From assembly GCA_965220965.1 (NCBI GenBank), contig OZ244852.1:1632001-1696000 (forward strand): a stretch of DNA of 64,000 nucleotides, in the 5' to 3' direction. Of this stretch, positions 38,392 to 47,439 are shown piece by piece. Each line of letters opens with the position of its first letter. Within the stretch, counting starts at the first letter, position 1. The notes beneath the pieces were generated by a model. That model saw only the letters and a program-made list of their open reading frames with translations, searched no databases and was not told the origin of the DNA. Position numbers and translations under genes: made by a program. The stretch is from Candidatus Marinacidobacterium sp. (GTDB taxonomy: Bacteria; Acidobacteriota; Vicinamibacteria; Marinacidobacterales; Marinacidobacteraceae).

Positions 38392-40683
38392 TCAGTGCGT
38401 CGCGGCGGGGACTTCGAGGAGCGGAGAGGGAGCTCCGCTCCCGGTCTGCGGTCGCGTCGGGAGCGCCCCCAGAATCACGCGCGCGTCGACCGCCACGACC
38501 CGGTCGGAGTAAGCGAACAGGGGGTTCACCTCGACTTCGGCCACATCGGAGTTGTCGACCAGACAGCGGGCGACGGCGGCGGCCGCCGCGACGATGCCCT
38601 CGAGGGGACCGCCAGACCCGTCCCGGACGCCGTCGAGCAGGGCGCCGACGCGCAGTTCGCGCACCATGTCACGCAACTGCTGTTCCTCCACCGGCAGCAC
38701 CCGGTGGGCGACATCGCGCAGCACCTCCACGAAGACGCCGCCGCTTCCCAGGGTGAGAACCGGACCGAGTTGGGGGTCGCGGCAGGCCCCGATCAGCAGC
38801 TCGGCGCGGGGCGGGGGGAGCATGGCGGACACCAGCGCGGCGTAGTTCTCCGGGGGCAGCCCGCACTGGCTGGCGCGCCGGCGCGCGTTGGCCATCACGG
38901 CGCGAAAGGCGTCGCCGGCGGCCGGCGCGCCGGACACCCCCAGCACGACGCCTCCCGCAGCCGACTTGTGGGTGATGGTTCCGGAAAGCAGCTTGATGGC
39001 CACCGGACGGCCGATGCGGTCCGCCGCCCTCTCCGCCTCGCCCACCGACCGGGCGATCCTGACCTCCGGGAACCCAAGGCCGGCGGCCTCGAGGAGGGAG
39101 CGGGCCTCAAGCTCGTTGAGCGTCAGGCGGCCCTCTCCCCGCGCGGCGACGATCGGGGCGGGAACGGAGACCTCCTCGACTGGTGGCGGGGTCGTCCTGC
39201 GCCGCCGCCCCGCCGTCGTGGAAGGCAACGCTTCGCGCGCCCCCGGCGCGGTCCGGGGATCCCCGAACCCGGGCCGCCCGCCTGCCGGCATCCCGAGCCC
39301 CCGTCCGCGCCGGGCCAGTTCCAGCGCGGCCCGGCACGCCACTTCCAGCGACTCGATCACCGGCGCCCGCCGCTCGCGCAGGATGTCCAGGGGAGCGCTG
39401 CGGTGGGCGGCGTACATGGCCTGCACCACGAGGCCCTTTCCCGCCCCTCGCAGGATCCCGGCCATGGCGCCGGCGGCCTCCACCTCGCTTGCGGTGTGTC
39501 GGGTGGCGAAACGAATGCCGTAGCCGCCGAACACCCCCACAACGAGCAGCACGCCGACTCCGGGGTCCGCGGCAAGGACCTCCGCGGCCCGCCCGAACAC
39601 ACCGGGGTCGCGGTCCGCCGCCCCCGCGACATCGATCGGATTACCCACGGCGGCGGCCGGACCCAGCAGGCCGGCGAGCGCGTCCCTGGTGGCCGGGGTG
39701 AGCACCGCGAGGGGGGCGCCCGCTTCGGTCAACAGGTCCGCGGCCAGGGTGTTCTGGCCGCCCCCATCGGAGAGGATGGCGATCCCCGACCCTGGTGGGC
39801 CCCACGGCTGCGAGGCGAGAGTGACGGCGAGATCGGTGAGTTCGTCGGTTCGGGTCGTCTCCACCACGCCGGCCTGCGCCAATCCCGCCCGCAGGCGGTC
39901 GTAGGGTCCCGCGACCGCGCCGGTGTGCGAGAGAGCGCCGAGGGCGCCGGGCGCGGTTCGACCCGATTTGACCATGACGACCGGCTTGTGCGGGGTCACC
40001 TGGCCCGCCGCCCTCAGGAAGGCGCGCGCGTCGGTCAGGCCCTCGACATGCGCGATGATCGCCCGGGTCGGCCGGTGCCGACCGAGGTGCTCGATAACTT
40101 CGTGAAAGCCGACATCCACCTGGTTGCCAAGCCCGCAGCAGATCGAGACGCCGGCCCGGGACCGTCGCGTGATCTCGTTCATGAGCGAGAGAGCGATGTT
40201 GCCGGACTGAACCAGGAGCGCGATATGTCCCGCGCGCACTCCGCTGGCTCCGATCAGGTTGACGCCCTCCCCGAGGTTCATGAGCCCGGACGTGTTCGGC
40301 CCGAGGATCCGGACCCCCGCCTCGCGCCCCGCCGCCCGGAGCCGCCGCTCGAGGTCGGCCCCTGACGCGCCCGACTCCCCGAATCCCACCGCCAGGACGA
40401 TCGCCCCCCCGACTCCGCGCGCCCCGCAGGCGGACACCAGCCCGGGCGCCCGCTCCGCCGGGGTGCACAGGACGGCCAGGTCGACTCCGTAGGGGAGTTC
40501 GTCCACCGAAGTCAGGAGCGGATGGCCGAGGAGTGCGCCTCCCGCCGGGTTCACCGCGTGGACATCGCCGGCGTAGCCGGACTCCTTCAACCGGCGCAGG
40601 ATCTGGTGTCCACGCTTCGTCGGATCCGTGCTGGCGCCGACGACCGCGATCGAGCGCGGCTCGAGGAGACGCTGGAGGCTCAC
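38392..40683 (-). CDS. Acetate/acyl-CoA ligase (NDP-forming), fused CoA-binding + ATP-grasp
   Basis: PRSIAVVGAS, RILGPNT, QSGN, GALSHTGA, NPIDV, HKSAAGGV, EVEVNPL. Confidence 0.9.
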   Translation of the reverse strand: MSLQRLLEPRSIAVVGASTDPTKRGHQILRRLKESGYAGDVHAVNPAGGALLGHPLLTSVDELPYGVDLAVLCTPAERAPGLVSACGARGVGGAIVLAVGFGESGASGADLERRLRAAGREAGVRILGPNTSGLMNLGEGVNLIGASGVRAGHIALLVQSGNIALSLMNEITRRSRAGVSICCGLGNQVDVGFHEVIEHLGRHRPTRAIIAHVEGLTDARAFLRAAGQVTPHKPVVMVKSGRTAPGALGALSHTGAVAGPYDRLRAGLAQAGVVETTRTDELTDLAVTLASQPWGPPGSGIAILSDGGGQNTLAADLLTEAGAPLAVLTPATRDALAGLLGPAAAVGNPIDVAGAADRDPGVFGRAAEVLAADPGVGVLLVVGVFGGYGIRFATRHTASEVEAAGAMAGILRGAGKGLVVQAMYAAHRSAPLDILRERRAPVIESLEVACRAALELARRGRGLGMPAGGRPGFGDPRTAPGAREALPSTTAGRRRRTTPPPVEEVSVPAPIVAARGEGRLTLNELEARSLLEAAGLGFPEVRIARSVGEAERAADRIGRPVAIKLLSGTITHKSAAGGVVLGVSGAPAAGDAFRAVMANARRRASQCGLPPENYAALVSAMLPPPRAELLIGACRDPQLGPVLTLGSGGVFVEVLRDVAHRVLPVEEQQLRDMVRELRVGALLDGVRDGSGGPLEGIVAAAAAVARCLVDNSDVAEVEVNPLFAYSDRVVAVDARVILGALPTRPQTGSGAPSPLLEVPAATH

Positions 40684-40734
40684 AAGGGGAACCCGCCGGA
40701 TCGGCGGATCCGCGGGGGGCCGCCGGAATGGATC

Positions 40735-41586
40735 TCATTCACCGCGGTATGCCGGCCGGCGTCCGGCGTGGAAGGCGGCCAACCCCTCGGCCCAGTCCGC
40801 CGTCGTGAAGATCCGCTCCAGGGCGTCCCGCTCCTCCCGCATCGCCTGTTTGCGGGTTCTGGCCGCCGCCGGACCGATCAGGCGCTTCGCCGCCGCCACC
40901 GGAAGCGGGGCGCGACGGGCGAGCCGCAGAGCCCACTCGCGGGCCACCGCGACAACGCTCCCGGCCGGAACCGCCCGGTTGACCACTCCCATGGCCGCCG
41001 CCGCCTCCCCAGTGAAGAAGTCCCCCAGCAGCACGAGCTCGCGCGCTTTCAGGACTCCCACCCGTTCCGCCAGGGTGTACGCCACCCCACCACCGATGAA
41101 GGTCCCCAGGGCGACCTCGGGGAGGCGCAGCCTGGCCTCCTCCGCCACAATGGCGAAGTCGGCCGAAAGGGCCAGCTCCAGGCCGGCGCCCACGGCGTGG
41201 CCGTTCACGGCCGCCACGACCGGAGCGCCCATCGTCTGCATGAGCTCGTTGGCGCGCTGGGCGGCGCGAATGTAGCGCCGCCGTTCCGCGGGGGACGGGG
41301 GGCTCTCCGCGTGCGCCTTCAGGTCGGCGCCGGCGCAGAAGGCCCGCCCCGCCCCGGTGACCATCACGCAGCGCACTCCCGGATCGGCCTCGGCGGCTTC
41401 GAGTTCCTCGATGAGACGCTCGTAGAGCGGAAGGCTGACCGCGTTCAACCGGTGAGGGCGGTTCAGCGTCAGCGTCAGGACGGAATCCTCCCGCGCGGCG
41501 AGCACCGGATCCCCGGTCGATGCGACGGCGCGCGCGCGGCCTTCTCCGGATGTCACGGCCGGCGGCTCAGGAGACGAAGGATCCAT
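40735..41586 (-). CDS. Enoyl-CoA hydratase/isomerase (crotonase)
   Basis: LNRPHRLNA, AFCAGADL, AAVNGHAVGAGLELAL, LPEVALG; start uncertain. Confidence 0.92.
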   Translation of the reverse strand: MDPSSPEPPAVTSGEGRARAVASTGDPVLAAREDSVLTLTLNRPHRLNAVSLPLYERLIEELEAAEADPGVRCVMVTGAGRAFCAGADLKAHAESPPSPAERRRYIRAAQRANELMQTMGAPVVAAVNGHAVGAGLELALSADFAIVAEEARLRLPEVALGTFIGGGVAYTLAERVGVLKARELVLLGDFFTGEAAAAMGVVNRAVPAGSVVAVAREWALRLARRAPLPVAAAKRLIGPAAARTRKQAMREERDALERIFTTADWAEGLAAFHAGRRPAYRGE

Positions 41587-41821
41587 ACGCCGCGGCGACC
41601 CGCCCCGACGAAGCGTCTGGCGTCCAGACGCCGGTGACGTTCCTACTCATCGCTGGTAGTCCCACTGCAGGACGAGTCCCGATTCTCGGTCGGAGCCCGG
41701 GGAGGCGCGAGCCTACCGGTTTTGGCGGCTACGGGACGGACCGACGCGGTCCGGAAGGATCTGCGATGCGATGGCGGTCGTGCGCGAGGCGGGTCGGGGA
41801 GATTCCCGGATAATCCACCGC

Positions 41822-43750
41822 ATGAGATGCCTCGCCCTCCTGTTGCTCGCTTCGGTCTTCCTGGCTCCCGGGACCGCCCGGTCGCAGACCGGGGAGGAGG
41901 GCGCCGGCGCGCGCGGGGATTGGCCCTTCTGGGGCGGGGACCAGGGCTCGACGCACTACTCGCCGCTCCGGCAGATCCACCGCGGCAACGTGGCCGGTCT
42001 GGAGAAGGCGTGGGAGTGGGACACCGAGGAGGCGCCGCTCGCCGGTCCGCGGCTGCCGGTGCCGCGGAACCCGGTCCGGCCCGGGAGCTTCGAGAACACC
42101 CCGGTCGTGAAGGACGGCGTCATGTACGTCAGCACCTCCTACAACCGGGTCGCCGCCCTCGACCCGGACACCGGGGAGCCGAACTGGATCTACGACCCCC
42201 GGATCATCGAGTGGGGCCAGGTCCCGAACGGCACCGGGTTCGTTCACCGCGGGGTGGCGCTGTGGGAGGGCGACGATGGCGCTTCCCGGGTGTTCCTGAA
42301 CAGCCGCTGGCGGCTCGTCTCGATCGACACGGTGACCGGCGAGCCGGATCCCGCCTTCGGCGACGGCGGCGAAATCGACCTCACCGCGCAGCTTCTGTGG
42401 CCGGTGAACCGGCTCCACTACACCCAGACCTCGCCTCCGGTGGTGTTCGACGACCTCGTGATCGTCGGCAACGGGGTGTGGGACCTGTTCGTCTACGAAC
42501 GCGATCCCCCCGGCAACGTCCAGGCCTTCAACGTGCGCACCGGCGAGCTCGTCTGGTCGTTCAACCTGATCCCGCAGCCGGGCGAGTTCGGCAACGACAC
42601 CTGGGAAGACGGCGCGTGGGACCGGACCGGGCACACGAACGTCTGGGCCCCGATGTCGCTCGACGCGGAGCGCGGCCTCCTCTACCTGCCGGTGGGCACC
42701 CCGAGCAACGACTACTACGGGGGCGACCGGCTCGGCGACAACCTGTTCGCCGAGGCGGTGGTCTGTCTCGACGCGCGCACCGGGAGGCGGGTCTGGCACT
42801 TCCAGACCGTGCGCCACGGTCTGTGGGACTACGACCTGCCGGCGGCGCCGGCGCTTCTCACCATCACGGTGGACGGCAGGGAGATCGACGCGGTGGCGGT
42901 CCCGGCGAAGACCGGGTTCCTCTACGTGTTCGACCGGGTCACCGGGGAGCCGGTCTGGCCCATCGAGGACCGTCCGGTCCCGCCGAGCGACGTGCCCGGC
43001 GAGCGCGCCGCCGAGACCCAGCCGTTCCCGACGAAGCCGCCGCCATTCGCGAAGCAGGGATTCACGGAAGACGACGTGCTCGACTTCACCCCCGAGCTCC
43101 GCGAGGAGGCGCTCGCCATCATCCGGCAGTACCGGATGGGGGGGCTCTTCACCCCGCCGTCGATCGTGGGCACGGTCACGAACCCGGGGATCCTCGGGGG
43201 CGCGAACTGGGGCGGCGCCGCCGCCGACCCGGAGACCGGGATCGTCTACGTCAAGGCGAACGAGTTCCCGTCACTGCTCTCGATCACCGAAGCCGATCCC
43301 GAGGAGACCGAGGGCCCCTACGGGCTCGACCGGAGCCGGCGCACGCTGAACCTGCCGAACGGCCTCCCGATCAACAAGCCGCCCTACGGCACGATCACCG
43401 CGATGGACCTGAACACCGGCGAGCAGGTGTTCCAGGTTCCCGCCGGCAACAACCCGCTGGTCCGGAATCACGAAGCGCTCGAGGGCGTGGACCTCGGTGA
43501 GGAGCGGCTGGGCGTCGTAGGCGCGCCCGGCCCCATCGTGACCGGCGGCGGGCTCGTCTTCTACACCGGTGGAGCCGATCACCTCTTCGCACTCGACAAG
43601 GCGACGGGCGAGGAACTGTGGGCCGCGCCGCTGGGGGCGAGCTCCTACGCCAGCCCGATGACCTACCTGTCGCCGGAGGGCGTCCAGTACGTCGTGGTGG
43701 CGGTGGGTCGCGGCCAGGGAAACCGGCTGGTGGCGTTCTCGCTGCCCTGA
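41822..43750 (+). CDS. Soluble PQQ-dependent (glucose-dehydrogenase-like) quinoprotein
   Basis: Signal peptide; DWPFWGGD..STHYSPL, ENTP, HRGVALW, WHFQTVRHGLWDYD, GGANWGG, KPPYG, ASPMTY. Confidence 0.93.
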   Translation: MRCLALLLLASVFLAPGTARSQTGEEGAGARGDWPFWGGDQGSTHYSPLRQIHRGNVAGLEKAWEWDTEEAPLAGPRLPVPRNPVRPGSFENTPVVKDGVMYVSTSYNRVAALDPDTGEPNWIYDPRIIEWGQVPNGTGFVHRGVALWEGDDGASRVFLNSRWRLVSIDTVTGEPDPAFGDGGEIDLTAQLLWPVNRLHYTQTSPPVVFDDLVIVGNGVWDLFVYERDPPGNVQAFNVRTGELVWSFNLIPQPGEFGNDTWEDGAWDRTGHTNVWAPMSLDAERGLLYLPVGTPSNDYYGGDRLGDNLFAEAVVCLDARTGRRVWHFQTVRHGLWDYDLPAAPALLTITVDGREIDAVAVPAKTGFLYVFDRVTGEPVWPIEDRPVPPSDVPGERAAETQPFPTKPPPFAKQGFTEDDVLDFTPELREEALAIIRQYRMGGLFTPPSIVGTVTNPGILGGANWGGAAADPETGIVYVKANEFPSLLSITEADPEETEGPYGLDRSRRTLNLPNGLPINKPPYGTITAMDLNTGEQVFQVPAGNNPLVRNHEALEGVDLGEERLGVVGAPGPIVTGGGLVFYTGGADHLFALDKATGEELWAAPLGASSYASPMTYLSPEGVQYVVVAVGRGQGNRLVAFSLP

Positions 43751-43799
43751 GCCCTGACGGAGTACGGACATTCGCCCTTCTGCACCCACGTGCTGCGAC

Positions 43800-45698
43800 C
43801 TACGACGAGGGGGATCGAGCCGACTCGCACACTGCCCCATGTGCCGTCTCCCGTACGACACTCTTTGGTTGCTCGTACACCAGCCGCACTGCACTGGCGA
43901 GGTCGGCACTCAGGCACGCTGGCGGGTCATGGTCCAACACGCTCTCAAAATGATCCAACGCCGCGAGAGCCTTCCCCTTGCCTCCGCTGCTCGGCACACC
44001 ACTGCAGCCCTCGAAATCCGGGTGAAGAACGGCAATGCGTCCAGATTTTCCTACGAGAGCCTCAAGCGCCTGGTTGACCGCGAAGGTCCGTTTGGCCGCG
44101 TTGACCTTGTCTGCGTTCCAACTCTCCGGAATCTCTTTTGGCACCGGGTCCTCATCATGAACCACCACATACTCAAGACAAAAGGCGTTCGCTATTGAAA
44201 CATACAGAGGGAGGTTGTGCTTCGATCCACAGTCAATAACAGATACGTCTTCCCTATAGCAGCCTAGTTTCTCCGCAAGATACGGAAAGACTACCTTCTC
44301 GGTCTCACCCTCGACGAACGCCACGCGGCGGGCGAAGAGCATCTCGCCACGATCCGGGTTCACCCAATGCCTCATGTGTAGCCGTTTCTTTCGGTCACTC
44401 TTATCCTGCCCCTCGAACAGCTCCTTCCGACACTGCACGACTGTAGTGGCCTCATTCGCCGACGCTCTCCGTACTAACCCGATATCCCGATAATGTTTCA
44501 AGTCCACGAAGTGAGTGGAATGGCTACAGATGAACACCTGATTGTTGTCCTGTTTGGCTAATTCGCGCAGGCTCGACCCCCAGACGCGTTGCTTGTGTGG
44601 ATGCAGGAAAGTCTCCGGCTCCTCTATCGCAAAGACGACCGACTCCGAGGCGTTGCGAGGCACGGTGGCCTCCGTGTGCCCATCACTCTGCCGCACAAGC
44701 GTGGCCCATGCCTTCAGGAGCGCGAAGATCACGGCGCGCTGCAGACCGTCCCCTTTGCGCTCCGCCGACGTCTTGAAGCCGTCATCGAGATGGATCTTTG
44801 TGCCCTCAAGGACTCTCGACAAGTTCGGAGGGACAACTTCCAGCGACAGACTGAGGTTGCCCCATTCAGATAGTTCCTCCTCGATAAGAGATGCGAGACC
44901 GTCCAAGAGGGGCGGCCGGTTATCGCTTCCAGAGCCCGCGCCGAGACTGTCCGATAGTGCCTCCAGCTTGTCCTGAACCTCACGAAATCGTGGTTCTGCG
45001 AGGGCGGTCGTAGCGACTACTCGGCTGAGCAGTCTTCCGAAGAGGGTCGTGCTCTTAACTTTCGACTCGTCCCGCAAGTTGCGTACAGCAGGGACGAGGA
45101 AGAACTCCGGCAAGACACCGATGGGGAGGCGCTTCGTCCCCAGCAAGAGACCCTTCTCAAGTTCCTCGCAGTAGACTAGAGTACTTCGGTGAGCCTCGAT
45201 GTATTGGCTTTGCGCCTTTCGGATGTGATTGGACGTTAGTCGGCTCGTCTTGGGAAGGTAGTCGCACAGAGGGTCCCGAGCAGAAGCGTCGCCCTTCCTC
45301 AGGGCGTCGGCATTGCGGGACTTCAGCCAGTCGTGAGTGGGTTCACGTCTGTATCCTTGGTAGACTACTGAGACTGCACCGTCGCTACTATACGTAGCTG
45401 TCTTTCGGATGCGGACAGTTCCTTCTTCGAGAAGATACTCGCTCAACGTCGCGCGCTCCCTGTCAGTCAAGCGATCGAAGACGACCTCTACCCAGGTCTC
45501 TTCGTCGTCGGGGCTGGCGAAGGCGGAGAGATCTTCCCTATCTGGTTTTGCCGACGGCGTGAGCGCGAATTCAAGGGCGGCGATTACATTCGATTTGCCG
45601 GCGTTGTTCTGGCCCAGAAGAACAAGCATGTCCTTACACACGAAGCAGGCATGCTGGATGCTGCGAAAGTTGTGAATGGTGACGGACTGGATCTTCAT
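43800..45698 (-). CDS. OLD-family ATP-dependent endonuclease (ABC ATPase + TOPRIM)
   Basis: IHNFRSI, GQNNAGKS, KGDGLQ, FAIEEPETFLHP, CSHS, AFVEGETEK, HDED; visibly lower GC than flanks. Confidence 0.9.
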   Translation of the reverse strand: MKIQSVTIHNFRSIQHACFVCKDMLVLLGQNNAGKSNVIAALEFALTPSAKPDREDLSAFASPDDEETWVEVVFDRLTDRERATLSEYLLEEGTVRIRKTATYSSDGAVSVVYQGYRREPTHDWLKSRNADALRKGDASARDPLCDYLPKTSRLTSNHIRKAQSQYIEAHRSTLVYCEELEKGLLLGTKRLPIGVLPEFFLVPAVRNLRDESKVKSTTLFGRLLSRVVATTALAEPRFREVQDKLEALSDSLGAGSGSDNRPPLLDGLASLIEEELSEWGNLSLSLEVVPPNLSRVLEGTKIHLDDGFKTSAERKGDGLQRAVIFALLKAWATLVRQSDGHTEATVPRNASESVVFAIEEPETFLHPHKQRVWGSSLRELAKQDNNQVFICSHSTHFVDLKHYRDIGLVRRASANEATTVVQCRKELFEGQDKSDRKKRLHMRHWVNPDRGEMLFARRVAFVEGETEKVVFPYLAEKLGCYREDVSVIDCGSKHNLPLYVSIANAFCLEYVVVHDEDPVPKEIPESWNADKVNAAKRTFAVNQALEALVGKSGRIAVLHPDFEGCSGVPSSGGKGKALAALDHFESVLDHDPPACLSADLASAVRLVYEQPKSVVRETAHGAVCESARSPSS

Positions 45699-45743
45699 TC
45701 ATGCCTCCCCGGACAACTGCGGCCCTTGGCGCTCTGAGATCTT

Positions 45744-45773
45744 CCAGTGCTGGAGCCAGCACTGGCCAGTGCT
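45744..45773. repeat. Nested palindromes upstream of the OLD gene
   Basis: CCAGTGCTGG-AG-CCAGCACTGG (45744-45765) overlapping the perfect 16-bp palindrome AGCACTGGCCAGTGCT (45758-45773). Confidence 0.8.
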
Positions 45774-46259
45774 CGCAAATCTGGAGGGATCCGCAGCGTA
45801 CGGCGCTGCTTCGCAAGGCGAGCGCCCATCTCTTGACGCGTGGAAGTACTTCCTGTTGCGTGAGCCGCCGACCGTTCGCAACCGTCCATCGCCACACGCA
45901 TGTCCGTCGGACCAGCCGGCGGGCGCTTTGAGACCACGGGACCCGACGGCGCAGTGGCGAGGGCGTACCGGACCAGGAACAACGGCGGTCGAGATGCGGA
46001 GGGCGTGCGACGAGATCCTCGTGCTGGGATCGGGCGTCGCAATTTCGGCGTGCGGCTCCTGGAACTGCCAGACCACTTCAACCCCTGGCGAGCAGGGTTA
46101 GCGAGGCGCTCTCCCGGACGTTCGAGCCAAGGCTACTACCTGACGACTTCTGGAGCAGGCCGCTCGGTGATGGACTGCGGGGGACTGCCACCTCCAGGCG
46201 CCTCTCGGCTGTGGGACGATGCCGGGGTACCCTTCCGAGAGCCGTCAGGAGATCACCCC

Positions 46260-46781
46260 ATGCTGCCCCCCATGTATGACCCCGAAGCCGTTCGTCCGAT
46301 GCGGGAGGAGCTTGAGGAGTGCGCCGTGAGCACTCTGGGCACTCCCGAGGCGGTGGACGAGATGCTGGGCCGCCCCGGGACGTCGCTCGTGGTTGTGAAC
46401 TCGGTCTGCGGGTGCGCCGCCGGCGCGGCTCGCCCGGGCGTCACCCGCGCGCTCCAGCACGCCCGGATCCCCGATCACCTCGGCACGGTCTTCGCCGGGG
46501 TGGACCGGGAGGCCACCGAGCGCGCCCGCGAGCGGATGGTGGGGATCCCGCCGTCGTCGCCGGCGATCGCGCTGTTCCAGGACGGCAAGCTCGTCCACAT
46601 GCTGGAGCGGCGTCACATCGAGCGGATGTCCCCGGACGCGGTGACCGAGAACCTGACCGCCGCCTTCGATTCGGTGTGTGAGCGCGAAGGGCCGTCGGTG
46701 CCGCCCGAGGTCTGGGAGCGGTCGGCCCGCGAGCGGATGTGCGGCTCCGGGATCCCGATCTTCAACCCGACGCTCCGCTGA
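46260..46781 (+). CDS. Bacilliredoxin BrxA/BrxB (YphP/YqiW) family
   Basis: VRPMREEL, VVVNSVCGCAAGAARP, TVFAGVD.EAT, PPSSPAIALFQDG; SD AGGAG before ATG 46260. Confidence 0.92.
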   Translation: MLPPMYDPEAVRPMREELEECAVSTLGTPEAVDEMLGRPGTSLVVVNSVCGCAAGAARPGVTRALQHARIPDHLGTVFAGVDREATERARERMVGIPPSSPAIALFQDGKLVHMLERRHIERMSPDAVTENLTAAFDSVCEREGPSVPPEVWERSARERMCGSGIPIFNPTLR

Positions 46782-46797
46782 CCCGGCGACCGCTTCC

Positions 46798-47439
46798 GTG
46801 TCGGGAGAGGAGAGCCCGGCCGGTTCGCCTCCGGCGGGCCGGTTCCTGAGCATCGAGGGGGTCTCGGGCGCCGGGAAGTCAACGCTCGCCCGGCGGATCG
46901 CGGCGAAACTCGAAGCGCAGGGGGTCCGGGTCGTGCACACCCGGGACCCGGGCGGGACGCCCGCCGGCCGGACGATCCGGTCGCTGCTCCTCGACCGGCC
47001 CGGGTCGCTCTGCCCGGAGACCGAGGTTGCGCTGTTCTTCGCCGACCGCGCGCAGAACCTCCACGAAGTCATCGGGCCGGCGCTGGCGCGGGGCGACACC
47101 GTGATCGCCGACCGCTTCACCGATTCGACCATCGCCTACCAGGGCGCCGCCCGGGGACTCCCCCGCGACCGGATCCTCGCGGTGGACCAGGCGATCACCG
47201 GCGGATGCCGCCCCGACCTGACGCTCCTCCTCGACCTGCCCGCCGAGACCGGCCTCGCCCGCCTCGCGCGCGCGGACCGGATCGAGCAGGAGGGCGCCCG
47301 GTTCCAGGAGCGGGTGCGGCAGGGCTTCCTCGACATCGCCCGCGCTGACCCGGACCGCGTGAAGGTGATCTCCGCGGATGGGTCCACCGACGCGGTGTTC
47401 ACCCGCGCCTGGGCGGTCGTGCGCGAGCGGCTCTCGTGA
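46798..47439 (+). CDS. tmk: Thymidylate kinase
   Basis: FLSIEGVSGAGKST, TRDPGGT, LFFADRAQ, DRFTDSTIAYQG, PDLTLLLD. Confidence 0.95.
   Translation: MSGEESPAGSPPAGRFLSIEGVSGAGKSTLARRIAAKLEAQGVRVVHTRDPGGTPAGRTIRSLLLDRPGSLCPETEVALFFADRAQNLHEVIGPALARGDTVIADRFTDSTIAYQGAARGLPRDRILAVDQAITGGCRPDLTLLLDLPAETGLARLARADRIEQEGARFQERVRQGFLDIARADPDRVKVISADGSTDAVFTRAWAVVRERLS

Noticed and set aside
43764-43771. ACGGACAT matching the Fic intergenic motif at the OLD insert edge
   Set aside because: A single 8-mer is roughly expected by chance in 64 kb on two strands
43800-46250. Gabija or retron-OLD system
   Set aside because: No UvrD-like helicase or reverse transcriptase adjacent
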